32,000 nt of DNA from Ktedonobacterales bacterium (GCA_030167145.1 CP126532.1:2730001-2762000), one strand, 5' to 3'. Shown: positions 7,757 to 15,446, numbered from the stretch's first letter. Numbers and translations: made by a program. The notes: generated by a model from the letters alone, not told the origin.

Positions 7757-9745
7757 ATGAGTCTGCGGCATGTGGGAGATGAAGCGAGCTTCGAGCACGA
7801 TGGCGAAGGCGCGGCGTTGCTCGGCGTCCGCCAACAACTGTCCCTCAGCGTGCTGTGGTTCGCGCTCAACTTCCAGTCCGCCGCGCTGCTGCCAATTGTG
7901 CTGCCGGTGCAGATCGCGCTCTTCATCGCCCCGGCTGGCCAGGCGGGCAACGCTCAGCAGGCCGCGTTCCTCGGCTGGATCGGCGCGATTGGCGCGGTGA
8001 TCACGCTGGTCGCCACGCCAATTTCTGGCGCGTTCTCGGACCGCACGACGAGCGGCTTTGGCCGCCGCCGCCCCTACATCCTGCTTGGCGGCGTCCTGCT
8101 GCTGGGTGGGGCGTCGGTGCTGGCGGATCCACAGGACGCGGGCTATCTGATTGCGGGTATCAGCATCTTCTCGGTGGGCAGCGGCATTTGCACCGGTGGC
8201 TATCAGGGCTTGCTGCCCGATCTGGTGCCAGCGGTGCAGCGTGGCGCGGCCTCTGGCTACCTGGGCGTGATGACGATCCTGGGGAATGTGGGCAGTCTGG
8301 CGCTGGCGGGGCTGCTGCTGGGCGTGGTCAGCGCGGGCACGGCGGAGGCCACCTGGCATGGCGCGGCGATCTTCTACCTGCTGACTGGTATTGTGCTGCT
8401 GCTGGGGGTGGGGATTACGCTGGCCAGTGTCCGCGAGACGCCGCTGAGCGCCGCCCCACCGCTGGCCGATACCTTTCGGCAGCGGTTTTCCGCTGCCTGG
8501 CTGGAGCCATTTCGGCATCGCGACTTTACCTGGGTCTTTCTCACGCGCAGCTTCGTGATGCTGGGGCTGAACCTCTTCCTGACCTTCATCGCCTACTACT
8601 TCGCCAGCGTGGCGCACATCCAGAACTTTGCCGCAGCCACCGCCGCCGTTGCCGTGCTGGCGCTGCTCGGCGCGACTGCCAGCGCCTTCGCACTGGGCCA
8701 GATGTCGGACCGCATCGGGCGCGTGGGGCTGGTGTGCTTCTCGTCGGCTTGTATGTCGCTGGCGGCGCTGGCTTTTGTCGTGCTGCCCGCTGGGTTCCCG
8801 CTCTGGCCGCTGGGCGTGGTCTTCGGGTTGGGCTACGGGGCATATGCCAGCGTAGACTGGGCGCTCGCGGTGGATTCGCTGCCGTCGCCCGCCGCCTTCG
8901 GCAAGGATATGGGCATCTGGAGCATCGCCTCGAACCTGCCCGCGATTCTCGCGCCGCTGCTCGGCGGCATCGTTATCACCGTTGCGGGCGCGCTTGGCTA
9001 CACCGCACAGGGCTACCGGGCTATCTTCGCGCTGGCGGTGGTCTTTCTGGTGGCGGGCGCAATTTGCATTTTGCTGGTGCGCGATGCCGTCACGGCACGC
9101 AAGGGCGGCCAGCCACGGGAGCGGCGGGTAGGCTTCGGCTGGCGGCTCGCCTTTCGCACGCGGGCAGGCCAGGCGCGAGGCTTTCTGCGCTTCTGGCCGG
9201 TGTGGGAGCGCCTCAACCGCTGGGTCCATCCGGTACACCCGATCCCCAACGCACCCTATGGGCTGTTCTTGGTCCAGTTCACGCGCTACCGGAGACGGCC
9301 AATTACGCTGCCAGACGGCACTCGTGTTGGTCGGGGCGACGCTATCGCGGTGCTGCACATCAACAACCGGCTGATCGCGCAGGGGGCGGGCAGCGCGAAC
9401 AGCTTCCGGCTGCTGGGCATGATAGCTGGCGATCTGCGCGCGCTGGCGGTATGGTCGGCCACGCCCGGCTTCCCGCCGGAGGTGCGCGCGCTCTTCGGGT
9501 ATACGTTGCTGAACCGCGCCGCGCCGCGATTGGGCTTCACCCTGCGCGAACGCGGGGCAAGTCTGTATAACTGGCTGGACGGCTTCTTCATGATGGGGCT
9601 GCTGGCGCTCTACAACCCTGAAGGAACGCGCCGCCTGCGGCATGGCACCACCTATGGCAGCAGGCCGGTGGAGGTGTGGATGTCGCGCGGGGAGTTGGCG
9701 CGGCGCTATGGCAGTCGTGGTGGTCAGGGCCATGGCGCTGTATAG
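7757..9745 (+). CDS. MFS transporter (GPH-like motif) fused to a C-terminal soluble domain of about 220 aa of uncertain family
   Basis: ATG at 7757. About 12 hydrophobic helices, and the loop motif FSDRTTSGFGRRRPYILLG typical of GPH/MFS carriers. After the last TM helix (about nt 9080) a non-membrane Arg/Trp-rich domain follows (RFWPVWERLNRWVHP...GDAIAVLHINN...LYNWLDGFFMMGLLALYNPEG). Confidence 0.8.
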   Translation: MSLRHVGDEASFEHDGEGAALLGVRQQLSLSVLWFALNFQSAALLPIVLPVQIALFIAPAGQAGNAQQAAFLGWIGAIGAVITLVATPISGAFSDRTTSGFGRRRPYILLGGVLLLGGASVLADPQDAGYLIAGISIFSVGSGICTGGYQGLLPDLVPAVQRGAASGYLGVMTILGNVGSLALAGLLLGVVSAGTAEATWHGAAIFYLLTGIVLLLGVGITLASVRETPLSAAPPLADTFRQRFSAAWLEPFRHRDFTWVFLTRSFVMLGLNLFLTFIAYYFASVAHIQNFAAATAAVAVLALLGATASAFALGQMSDRIGRVGLVCFSSACMSLAALAFVVLPAGFPLWPLGVVFGLGYGAYASVDWALAVDSLPSPAAFGKDMGIWSIASNLPAILAPLLGGIVITVAGALGYTAQGYRAIFALAVVFLVAGAICILLVRDAVTARKGGQPRERRVGFGWRLAFRTRAGQARGFLRFWPVWERLNRWVHPVHPIPNAPYGLFLVQFTRYRRRPITLPDGTRVGRGDAIAVLHINNRLIAQGAGSANSFRLLGMIAGDLRALAVWSATPGFPPEVRALFGYTLLNRAAPRLGFTLRERGASLYNWLDGFFMMGLLALYNPEGTRRLRHGTTYGSRPVEVWMSRGELARRYGSRGGQGHGAV

Positions 9746-11034
9746 CCTCCACTCGCCGTAGCGGCCTCGGCTGAGGATGCGACGGGTACCTGCGGGATGA
9801 GTTGATGGGCGGAGGCGTCAACGGCCAGCACCAGACCGAAGCGCGCGATGAAGGTGGCGTGGTACGGCGGCCCAACCGCACTGATGGTGGGGCCAGCCAG
9901 CGACAGCGCGCAGCCTTCGATGCCGTTGGCGGGGTTTTGCGTGCCCTCGCTGAAGCTCGGCGCGACGCCATTGAGCATACCGGCGGCGATGTAGCAGTAA
10001 ATGTCGCCTACCTGCCCACCTATACGCCGATCCATGCTGCCAGCGATGGCCCACGGCGAGATACTCCAGCCCTGCGCCACATCGTAGATCAGCGGCAGTG
10101 TCAGCGCCCACGAACCGCGCGGCAGCATGATATTGGCCACAGTCGCCGTGGTCAAGGAGGTCTGTGTGACCGAGGAGAAGCGCCAGCCCAGCGTCAGCGG
10201 CGCCTGCACCAGCCACGAGCGCCCATATGCTAGCTGGATCCGGTCCAGATCATAGGGCATCGAGCCGGGGATATTGGGGAAGGGGCAGAGGATGTCATTG
10301 CAGTCTTGCAGACCGCTTTCCGGGCTGAGTGCGATGATCGGTGTGGCAAGCATCGGCTGCCGCGCGACCGCCGCAATGGGCAGGCCGTCGGTGGTGAGAC
10401 CGGCGATGTAGTGCTGGCCCGCTGGCACTGTCGTCCGCAGGCTAAGCGAGAGGTCGCCCAATGCCCGTGTGATCTGGTCGAGCGCCGGGGCGCGTTCGCC
10501 CAGCGGCAGATTGTTCATGCCGAAGGAGACATAGATCAGGAACGCTGGATAGTATGCCTGCCCGCCGACGTTCAGCGGCTCCCCGAATCGCACAGCCTGG
10601 CAGGTGTCGGCGCGCAGCGTAGATTTACTCAGCGTGAGATGACAGGTGTTGGGCATGAAGGGCTTCGCCGTCAGGGTTAGCGTGTTCGCGCCGGGCCGCA
10701 AGTTGGCGAGCACCGAGGTTTGGGCGGCAAAGTGATCGCCGTTGAGGATCACATCAGCGTAAGAAACATTGCTCATGATGTACGCAGTAGAGAGTGATGA
10801 TCTGGTGGCACCGGGCGCGGTGGTCAATGCCCGCGGTATGTGCGCAAGCGCCTGCCACGCGGGCACGAGCGCCAGCAGCACCGCCACGGTGATGAGTGTG
10901 ACCGCGGTCAGTCGTTGGCGGGGTGTCTTGCGCCGCGCCAGCAGCGTATCAAGCTCCACCTGGGCCAGCGTATCTGGTTCGTCAGGCGGCTGCTCTTGTT
11001 GCTCTGCTTCTTCCTTGGTCTCTGGTTCGGGCAT
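9724..11034 (-). CDS. hypothetical membrane-anchored protein (acidic N-terminus, one TM helix, large extracytoplasmic domain)
   Basis: 436-codon ORF. Acidic N-terminus MPEPETKEEAEQQEQPPDEPD, then TM helix LTAVTLITVAVLLALVPAW. No family recognised. Its 3' end overlaps the convergent MFS gene by 22 nt. Confidence 0.6.
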   Translation of the reverse strand: MPEPETKEEAEQQEQPPDEPDTLAQVELDTLLARRKTPRQRLTAVTLITVAVLLALVPAWQALAHIPRALTTAPGATRSSLSTAYIMSNVSYADVILNGDHFAAQTSVLANLRPGANTLTLTAKPFMPNTCHLTLSKSTLRADTCQAVRFGEPLNVGGQAYYPAFLIYVSFGMNNLPLGERAPALDQITRALGDLSLSLRTTVPAGQHYIAGLTTDGLPIAAVARQPMLATPIIALSPESGLQDCNDILCPFPNIPGSMPYDLDRIQLAYGRSWLVQAPLTLGWRFSSVTQTSLTTATVANIMLPRGSWALTLPLIYDVAQGWSISPWAIAGSMDRRIGGQVGDIYCYIAAGMLNGVAPSFSEGTQNPANGIEGCALSLAGPTISAVGPPYHATFIARFGLVLAVDASAHQLIPQVPVASSAEAATASGGYTAPWP

Positions 11035-11062
11035 GCTCAGCCTGCTTCAGAACGTCTTATGG

Positions 11063-11119
11063 GGCGGACAGAATGTCTGCCGCAGAGAAGGGCGCCCGCC
11101 GCAGACAGGAATGTCTGCG
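11063..11119. repeat. two adjacent copies of the GGCAGACA-GGAA-TGTCTGCC hairpin repeat
   Basis: GGCGGACA-GAA-TGTCTGCC at 11063-11081 and CGCAGACA-GGAA-TGTCTGCG at 11100-11119, in the intergenic region between 11034 and 11156. Other copies are at 13736-13755, 14064-14083 and 29143-29162, with a divergent one at 21763-21782. Confidence 0.75.
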
Positions 11120-11155
11120 CTACCACAATATGCGAACACATGGGCTTAGGTCTCC

Positions 11156-13411
11156 TTACTTTACAGGCGCGAGGGTGACGGGGATGGCGTTGAGAATGGC
11201 GTTGCCGGAGAGCGGGTCTACCGCGTCATCGGGGATCAGCCGGTTGATGCTGACGCCCGCGTGTTCGGCGGCGATGCGCATCTGGCTGCCGGGCACGCCA
11301 TGGCCCCAGCCGTGGGGCAGGCTGACGACGCCGGGCATCATCTCATCGGTGATATGGACAGGCGCGGCGACGCTGCCAGCAGCCGAGGTGACACGGGCGG
11401 CGACGCCTTCGGCCAGATTCAGCCGTGCGGCGTCTTGCGGGTGGACCAGCAGCACGCAGGGGTCATCGCCCTTCACCAGCACGTGCAGGTTGTGCATCCA
11501 AGAGTTGTTCGAGCGCAGGTCGCGCCGACCAATGAGCACGACCGGCGGGCGGGGGTGATCCAGCGCGGCGCGGAGCCGCTCTACGTCGGCGACGATCAGC
11601 GGTGGGGCTAGCTCGACCTTGCCGGATGGGGTGCGCAGCACTTCGGGGATGCGCGGCTGGAGCGGGCCAAGGTCTATGCCGTGGGGCGCGGCCTCAAGCT
11701 GGGCCAGTGTCAGTCCGTCAGGCCGCGCGCCGAAGGCATCGCCATAGGGTCCGGTGCGCAGCAGGAAGTCGAGCAGGCGTTCGGGGCCACGGCGCGGCTG
11801 GAGCGCGGCGAGCAGTTCCGCGCTGTCGCGGCCCTCCACCGGCGAGCCAGCGGTGCGGACCTCGCGCTGGACGAGTTGGGACGCGACCATATCATCTATG
11901 ACGGCGGCGGGGATGGTGGCGTCCTGACCGGCGGCGATGGCGGTCAGCCGCAGCAGTATCTCCCACTCATCAAGCTGGCCTGACTCGCGCGGGAAGACTG
12001 GCGGCGAATAGTGAGCGATGTTGCGGATGGAGAGCTGATAGAAGGCGAGGTCGTAGTGGGCGCGTTGCAGGGGCGAGGGTGGTGGCAGGATGACATCGGC
12101 GTGGCGGGTGGTCTCGTTGAGGTAGCAATCTACGCTGACCATGAAATCGAGCTGGCCGAGCGCGGCATTCAGCCGGTCGCCGTTGGGCGCGCTGAGCGCG
12201 GGATTGCCGGCGATGGTGATGAGGGCGCGCACCTGACCATCGCCGGGGGTGGTGATTTCTTCGGCGAGGCAGACGGTGGGCAGCTCGCCGTAGATCTGCG
12301 GCAGGCCGCGCACACGGCTCTTCTTGAAGCCGGGGCGAATGCCCTTGCCCGTGCCGGGGAGGCCGCTGGTGTTGCGTGCGCCCGCCGCCGCCCTGGGGAA
12401 GAGCGCGCCGCCGGGGCGGTCGAGGTTGCCGGTGAGGGCGTTGAGCACATCGCCAAGCCAACTGGTGAGCGTGCCGAACTGCTGGGTGCATGCGCCGATG
12501 CGCGTGTAGACGGCGGCGCGGGGCGCGGTGGCTAGCTCGCGGGCGATGCGGCGCGTGACGTCGGGGGTGATGCCACAGGTGGCGGCGACGGCCTCTGGGG
12601 TGAAGGGTGCGGCGAGGGCGCGGAGTTCTTCGATGCCGTTGAGATGTTCGGTAAGATGCGCGGGATTGACGAGACCCTCGGCAAAGAGGGTGTGGACGAG
12701 GGCAAAGAGGAAGTGCGGGTCTGTGCCGGGGTGGATGAAGAGATGCTCGCTGGCTTCGGCGGCGGTGCGTGTGCGGCGGGGGTCCACGACGACGACGCGG
12801 CCCCCACGCGCGAGCAATGCGCGGATGCGCCCACGCATGTCGGGCGCGGTCATCAGGCTGCCATTGGAGACGAGCGGGTTCGCACCGAGAATGAGCAGGT
12901 AGTCGGCGCGGTCTACGTCGGGGATGGGGATGCTGAGCATCGTGCCGAACATGTAGCCAGCGGAGACCTGTTTGGGCATCTGGTCGAGGGTGCTGGCGGT
13001 GTAGATGTTGCGGGTGCCAAGGGCGCGGAGCAGCGGGGTGTTGTAGAGCTGGCCGGAGAGGTTGTGGACGTTGGGGTTGCCGAGGTAGACGGCGACGGCG
13101 TCGCGTCCGTATTGTTGCTGGATGGGGGTGAGACGGCGGGCGATTTCGGCGAAGGCGTCATCCCAGGAGACGGCGCGCCACTGGCCGCCCTGGCGCAGCA
13201 TGGGGCCGCGCAGGCGGTCGGGGTCGGCGTCGAGTTCTTTGAGGCTGTAGGCTTTGGGGCAGATGTAGCCGTGGCTGAAGACATCTGCGGGGTCGCCACG
13301 AATGCCGGTGATCTGGCGGCCAGTGGTGGTGATTTCGAGGCCACAGGTGGCTTCGCAGAGTGGGCAGGTGGCGTAGGTGACCTGGGATGGCTCAGGCGTC
13401 GAAGGCGTCAT
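11156..13411 (-). CDS. molybdopterin-dependent oxidoreductase (bis-MGD / MopB superfamily), substrate unknown
   Basis: N-terminal 4Fe-4S Mo/W-bis-MGD-type cysteine cluster (CPLCEATCGLEI...GYICPKA). Length 751 aa. The C-terminal half and GMMPGVVSLPHGWGH tail resemble the molybdopterin dinucleotide-binding region. Intact, with no in-frame stop. Confidence 0.9.
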   Translation of the reverse strand: MTPSTPEPSQVTYATCPLCEATCGLEITTTGRQITGIRGDPADVFSHGYICPKAYSLKELDADPDRLRGPMLRQGGQWRAVSWDDAFAEIARRLTPIQQQYGRDAVAVYLGNPNVHNLSGQLYNTPLLRALGTRNIYTASTLDQMPKQVSAGYMFGTMLSIPIPDVDRADYLLILGANPLVSNGSLMTAPDMRGRIRALLARGGRVVVVDPRRTRTAAEASEHLFIHPGTDPHFLFALVHTLFAEGLVNPAHLTEHLNGIEELRALAAPFTPEAVAATCGITPDVTRRIARELATAPRAAVYTRIGACTQQFGTLTSWLGDVLNALTGNLDRPGGALFPRAAAGARNTSGLPGTGKGIRPGFKKSRVRGLPQIYGELPTVCLAEEITTPGDGQVRALITIAGNPALSAPNGDRLNAALGQLDFMVSVDCYLNETTRHADVILPPPSPLQRAHYDLAFYQLSIRNIAHYSPPVFPRESGQLDEWEILLRLTAIAAGQDATIPAAVIDDMVASQLVQREVRTAGSPVEGRDSAELLAALQPRRGPERLLDFLLRTGPYGDAFGARPDGLTLAQLEAAPHGIDLGPLQPRIPEVLRTPSGKVELAPPLIVADVERLRAALDHPRPPVVLIGRRDLRSNNSWMHNLHVLVKGDDPCVLLVHPQDAARLNLAEGVAARVTSAAGSVAAPVHITDEMMPGVVSLPHGWGHGVPGSQMRIAAEHAGVSINRLIPDDAVDPLSGNAILNAIPVTLAPVK

Positions 13412-13482
13412 GCGGGGTTCCCCTCTCTGGTCGGTGGCGCATGTGGGCGCGGATGATGGCGGTGGCAGGAACGTTGTTCTCC

Positions 13483-13488
13483 ATTATA
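13483..13488 (-). promoter_or_regulatory. candidate -10 box (TATAAT on the minus strand) upstream of the molybdoenzyme gene
   Basis: Plus-strand ATTATA at 13483-13488 reads TATAAT on the minus strand, about 70 nt upstream of ATG 13411. No convincing -35. Confidence 0.3.
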
Positions 13489-13513
13489 GCGGTGGTGGGC
13501 GACGATACCGCCT

Positions 13514-14140
13514 CGGCCATACATGGCCGGAGCACGACGGCGGGGCATGAATGCCTGAATGAGCGCGGTGGCCGATGTGGCCGATATGCGGATACTGGCA
13601 GTTGCCGAAATGGCCGATTTTTCGATTTGCGCGGAGGGCGGGATGGGTGGTATAGGAGGCTTGCGGCATGAATGCCGCAGGTAATCGCGACGGGACAGGA
13701 GTTGCCGGAGTTGCCGATTCTGCCGATTTTTGGATGGCAGGCAGGAATGCGTGCCCCGCCAGTGACCGAAATGGCAGAGTTGCCGAAATAGCCGATTTTT
13801 GGATTTTGCGTGGAATGCAGTTGCCGATTCTGCCGATTTTCGCGGTTGGGTGGGGGTGAATGACAGGATGTGACGGGAGATGGGGGGAGTTTTTTCGCCG
13901 TTTTCGCCGCAATTTTGGGTTGCGCGCAAGATGAGCAGTTGCCGATTCTGCCGATTTTTGGATTTGTGTGGAGGGCGGGATGAGAGGTAAGGGAAGCTCG
14001 CGGCATGAATGCTGCGGGTAATCCTGATGCGGGGCAGTGACCAAAATGGCCGATGTGACCGAAGGCAGACAGGAATGTCTGCCCCACCGATATGGCCGAT
14101 ATGGCCGATATGTGGGAGTTGCCGATGCTGCCGATTTTTT
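13514..14140. repeat. non-coding mosaic repeat island: AGTTGCCGA-N4/5-GCCGATTTTTGGATTT modules, 9-bp tandem units, a repeat pair of about 97 bp, and palindromes
   Basis: AGTTGCCGA-type module starts at 13600, 13699/13710, 13778, 13818, 13937 and 14116. 9-bp tandems at 13568-13585 and 14087-14113. 13600-13694 is repeated at 13937-14034. Irregular spacing. Confidence 0.85.
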
Positions 14141-14330
14141 TTGTTGGCATTGGTGTGCGTCCTTCGCAGTGATGGGAGTGGGCGCGAGGTGGGTTGGATT
14201 GGTGGCAAGGGAAGTGTAGCATGCGGCGGGATGGGGCGAGGGGTGCGGGCCGGTCACATGCGGACGGATGGGGACATGGGATGTTGTGGGCGGTGGTCCT
14301 GCGCATGGTGGGTGGCGAAGCAGCGGATAG

Positions 14331-14720
14331 CTACAGGCGCGGGTCAACTGGCTCGGTTTCGAGGGCGAGGACGGCGAAGACGGCCTGATGGACGCGCCAG
14401 AGGGGTTCGCGGCGCACGAAACGCTCTATTGCTTCGACGCCGAGGGCGAATTCGCGGATGGCGAGGGCACGCTTGGCGGCGAGGCCGCGTTTGCGCAGGC
14501 GTTCGAGGTTGGGTGGCGCGGTGTAGTCGGGGCCGTAGATGATGCGCAGGTATTCGCGGCCACGGCACTTGACGGCGGGCTGGAGGATGCCGCGCTTGCC
14601 GCGCACGATGAAGTCGAGTGGCTTGACGACCATGCCTTCACCGCCGTGCCCGGTCATCTCTTCCCACCAGGCGGTTGCGGCGGCGCAGTCATCCGGGTCG
14701 AGCAGGTTGACAAGACGATG
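14331..14720 (-). pseudogene. 3' remnant of a polynucleotide kinase-phosphatase (Pnkp, RNA-repair) gene: only the end of the ligase-like domain is left
   Basis: Translation LVNLLDPDDCAAATAWWEEMTGHGGEGMVVKPLDFIVRGKRGILQPAVKCRGREYLRIIYGPDYTAPPNLERLRKRGLAAKRALAIREFALGVEAIERFVRREPLWRVHQAVFAVLALETEPVDPRL. It contains nucleotidyltransferase motif IV (EGMVVKP) and a motif V-like element (AVKCRG), plus the ...EPVDPRL terminus I recall for bacterial Pnkp. About 130 of an expected approximately 850 codons remain. Upstream, the frame runs into the TMEM175-like gene in a different frame and reads Pro/Arg/His-rich nonsense. Confidence 0.6.
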
Positions 14721-14734
14721 CGGAGCTATGGCGG

Positions 14735-15421
14735 CTATGGTGTGGATGGGGCGGATTTGATGCGGTGGGGGAGCGCAAAGAAGAGGGCGAGGATGGCATT
14801 GAGCACAAAGCTGACGGGGACGCTGATGAAGGCGAGGGCGACACAGGCGAGGTAGAGCAGTGGGCCGAAGCGGTAGCGGCGGGTGATGCTGGCGGCGAAA
14901 TCGGAGGGCAGGTGGGTATCGAGGAGACGGTTGCCAGCGGCGGCGTAGAGCCAGAGGGCATTGAAGGCGATGGCGGTGAGGAAGTAGGCGCCGCTGTAGA
15001 TGACCATGGCGACGATCTGGTTGCGGCTGTAGAGCGCGGCGCTGATGTGGGGATCGCGCGGGGCGATGTAGTCGGCGAGCAGGGCGGTGGGAAAGGGGAT
15101 GAAGGTGATGAAGAACAGCAACAGGCCGTTGATGAAGAGGAAGGCGTGATCGGTGCGGACGATGACTTTGAACATATTGTGATGGTTGATCCACATGATG
15201 AGGATGAAGGCGAAGCTGATGAGGTAGGCGAGGAAAGCGGGCCACTGGCGCAGCAATGCGGCGAGGAGGTCGCCGGATTGCCCCAGGTCGCTTTGTAGGG
15301 GGACGCGCAGCGTGAGGACGAGGAGTGTGACGGCGATGGCGAAGACGCCATCGCTGAAGGCTTCGACGCGGCCGGTGTCGCGTTCGGCGGCTGTGGTGGT
15401 TTGGGGGTCGTCTACGCGCAT
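14735..15421 (-). CDS. TMEM175/DUF1211 family membrane protein (putative K+ channel)
   Basis: RxxxFSD signature in the first helix (GRVEAFSDGVFAIAVTLLVL). Six hydrophobic helices, 228 aa. Confidence 0.85.
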   Translation of the reverse strand: MRVDDPQTTTAAERDTGRVEAFSDGVFAIAVTLLVLTLRVPLQSDLGQSGDLLAALLRQWPAFLAYLISFAFILIMWINHHNMFKVIVRTDHAFLFINGLLLFFITFIPFPTALLADYIAPRDPHISAALYSRNQIVAMVIYSGAYFLTAIAFNALWLYAAAGNRLLDTHLPSDFAASITRRYRFGPLLYLACVALAFISVPVSFVLNAILALFFALPHRIKSAPSTP

Positions 15422-15446
15422 TGTGCCGTGCCATTCGTGGTAATTA

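Noticed and set aside
7646-9733. 695-aa antisense ORF, and the 571-aa alternative-frame ORF 7855..9570, both overlapping the MFS gene
   Set aside because: Their translations are Arg/Gln/His/Pro/Gly-rich with no motifs. The +1-frame MFS protein has clear TM helices and family motifs. Long stop-free shadow frames are expected at this G+C content.
11156-13411. Whether the molybdopterin oxidoreductase is a selenocysteine-type formate dehydrogenase, which would support Sec usage
   Set aside because: The ORF is uninterrupted with no in-frame TGA, and I could not identify the FDH Sec/Cys active-site motif. It therefore gives no evidence for or against Sec decoding in this organism.
13600-14140. Possible CRISPR array (recurring module of about 29 nt)
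   Set aside because: Spacing between module starts is irregular (about 110, 68, 40, 119 and 179 bp). The intervening segments are themselves repeated. The module is not palindromic in the way typical CRISPR repeats are, and no cas genes are in the window.
14228-14249. G-quadruplex-type motif GGG-AT-GGGG-CGA-GGGG-TGC-GGG on the plus strand
   Set aside because: It is real in the sequence, but such motifs are expected by chance in very G-rich stretches of a high-G+C genome. Nothing ties it to a function.
13392-14347. Three overlapping long minus-strand ORFs (304, 266 and 287 aa) across the repeat island
   Set aside because: All three frames are open simultaneously because the plus strand lacks TCA, TTA and CTA. 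The peptides merely echo the nucleotide repeats (KIGRIGNS, SKNRQNRQL). There are no start or RBS context and no motifs.
14721-15434. N-terminal two thirds of track ORF 14331..15434 (367 aa)
   Set aside because: Pro/Arg/His-rich nonsense read in an alternative frame of the well-supported TMEM175-like gene. Only the last 130 codons or so (the Pnkp-like part) are meaningful.
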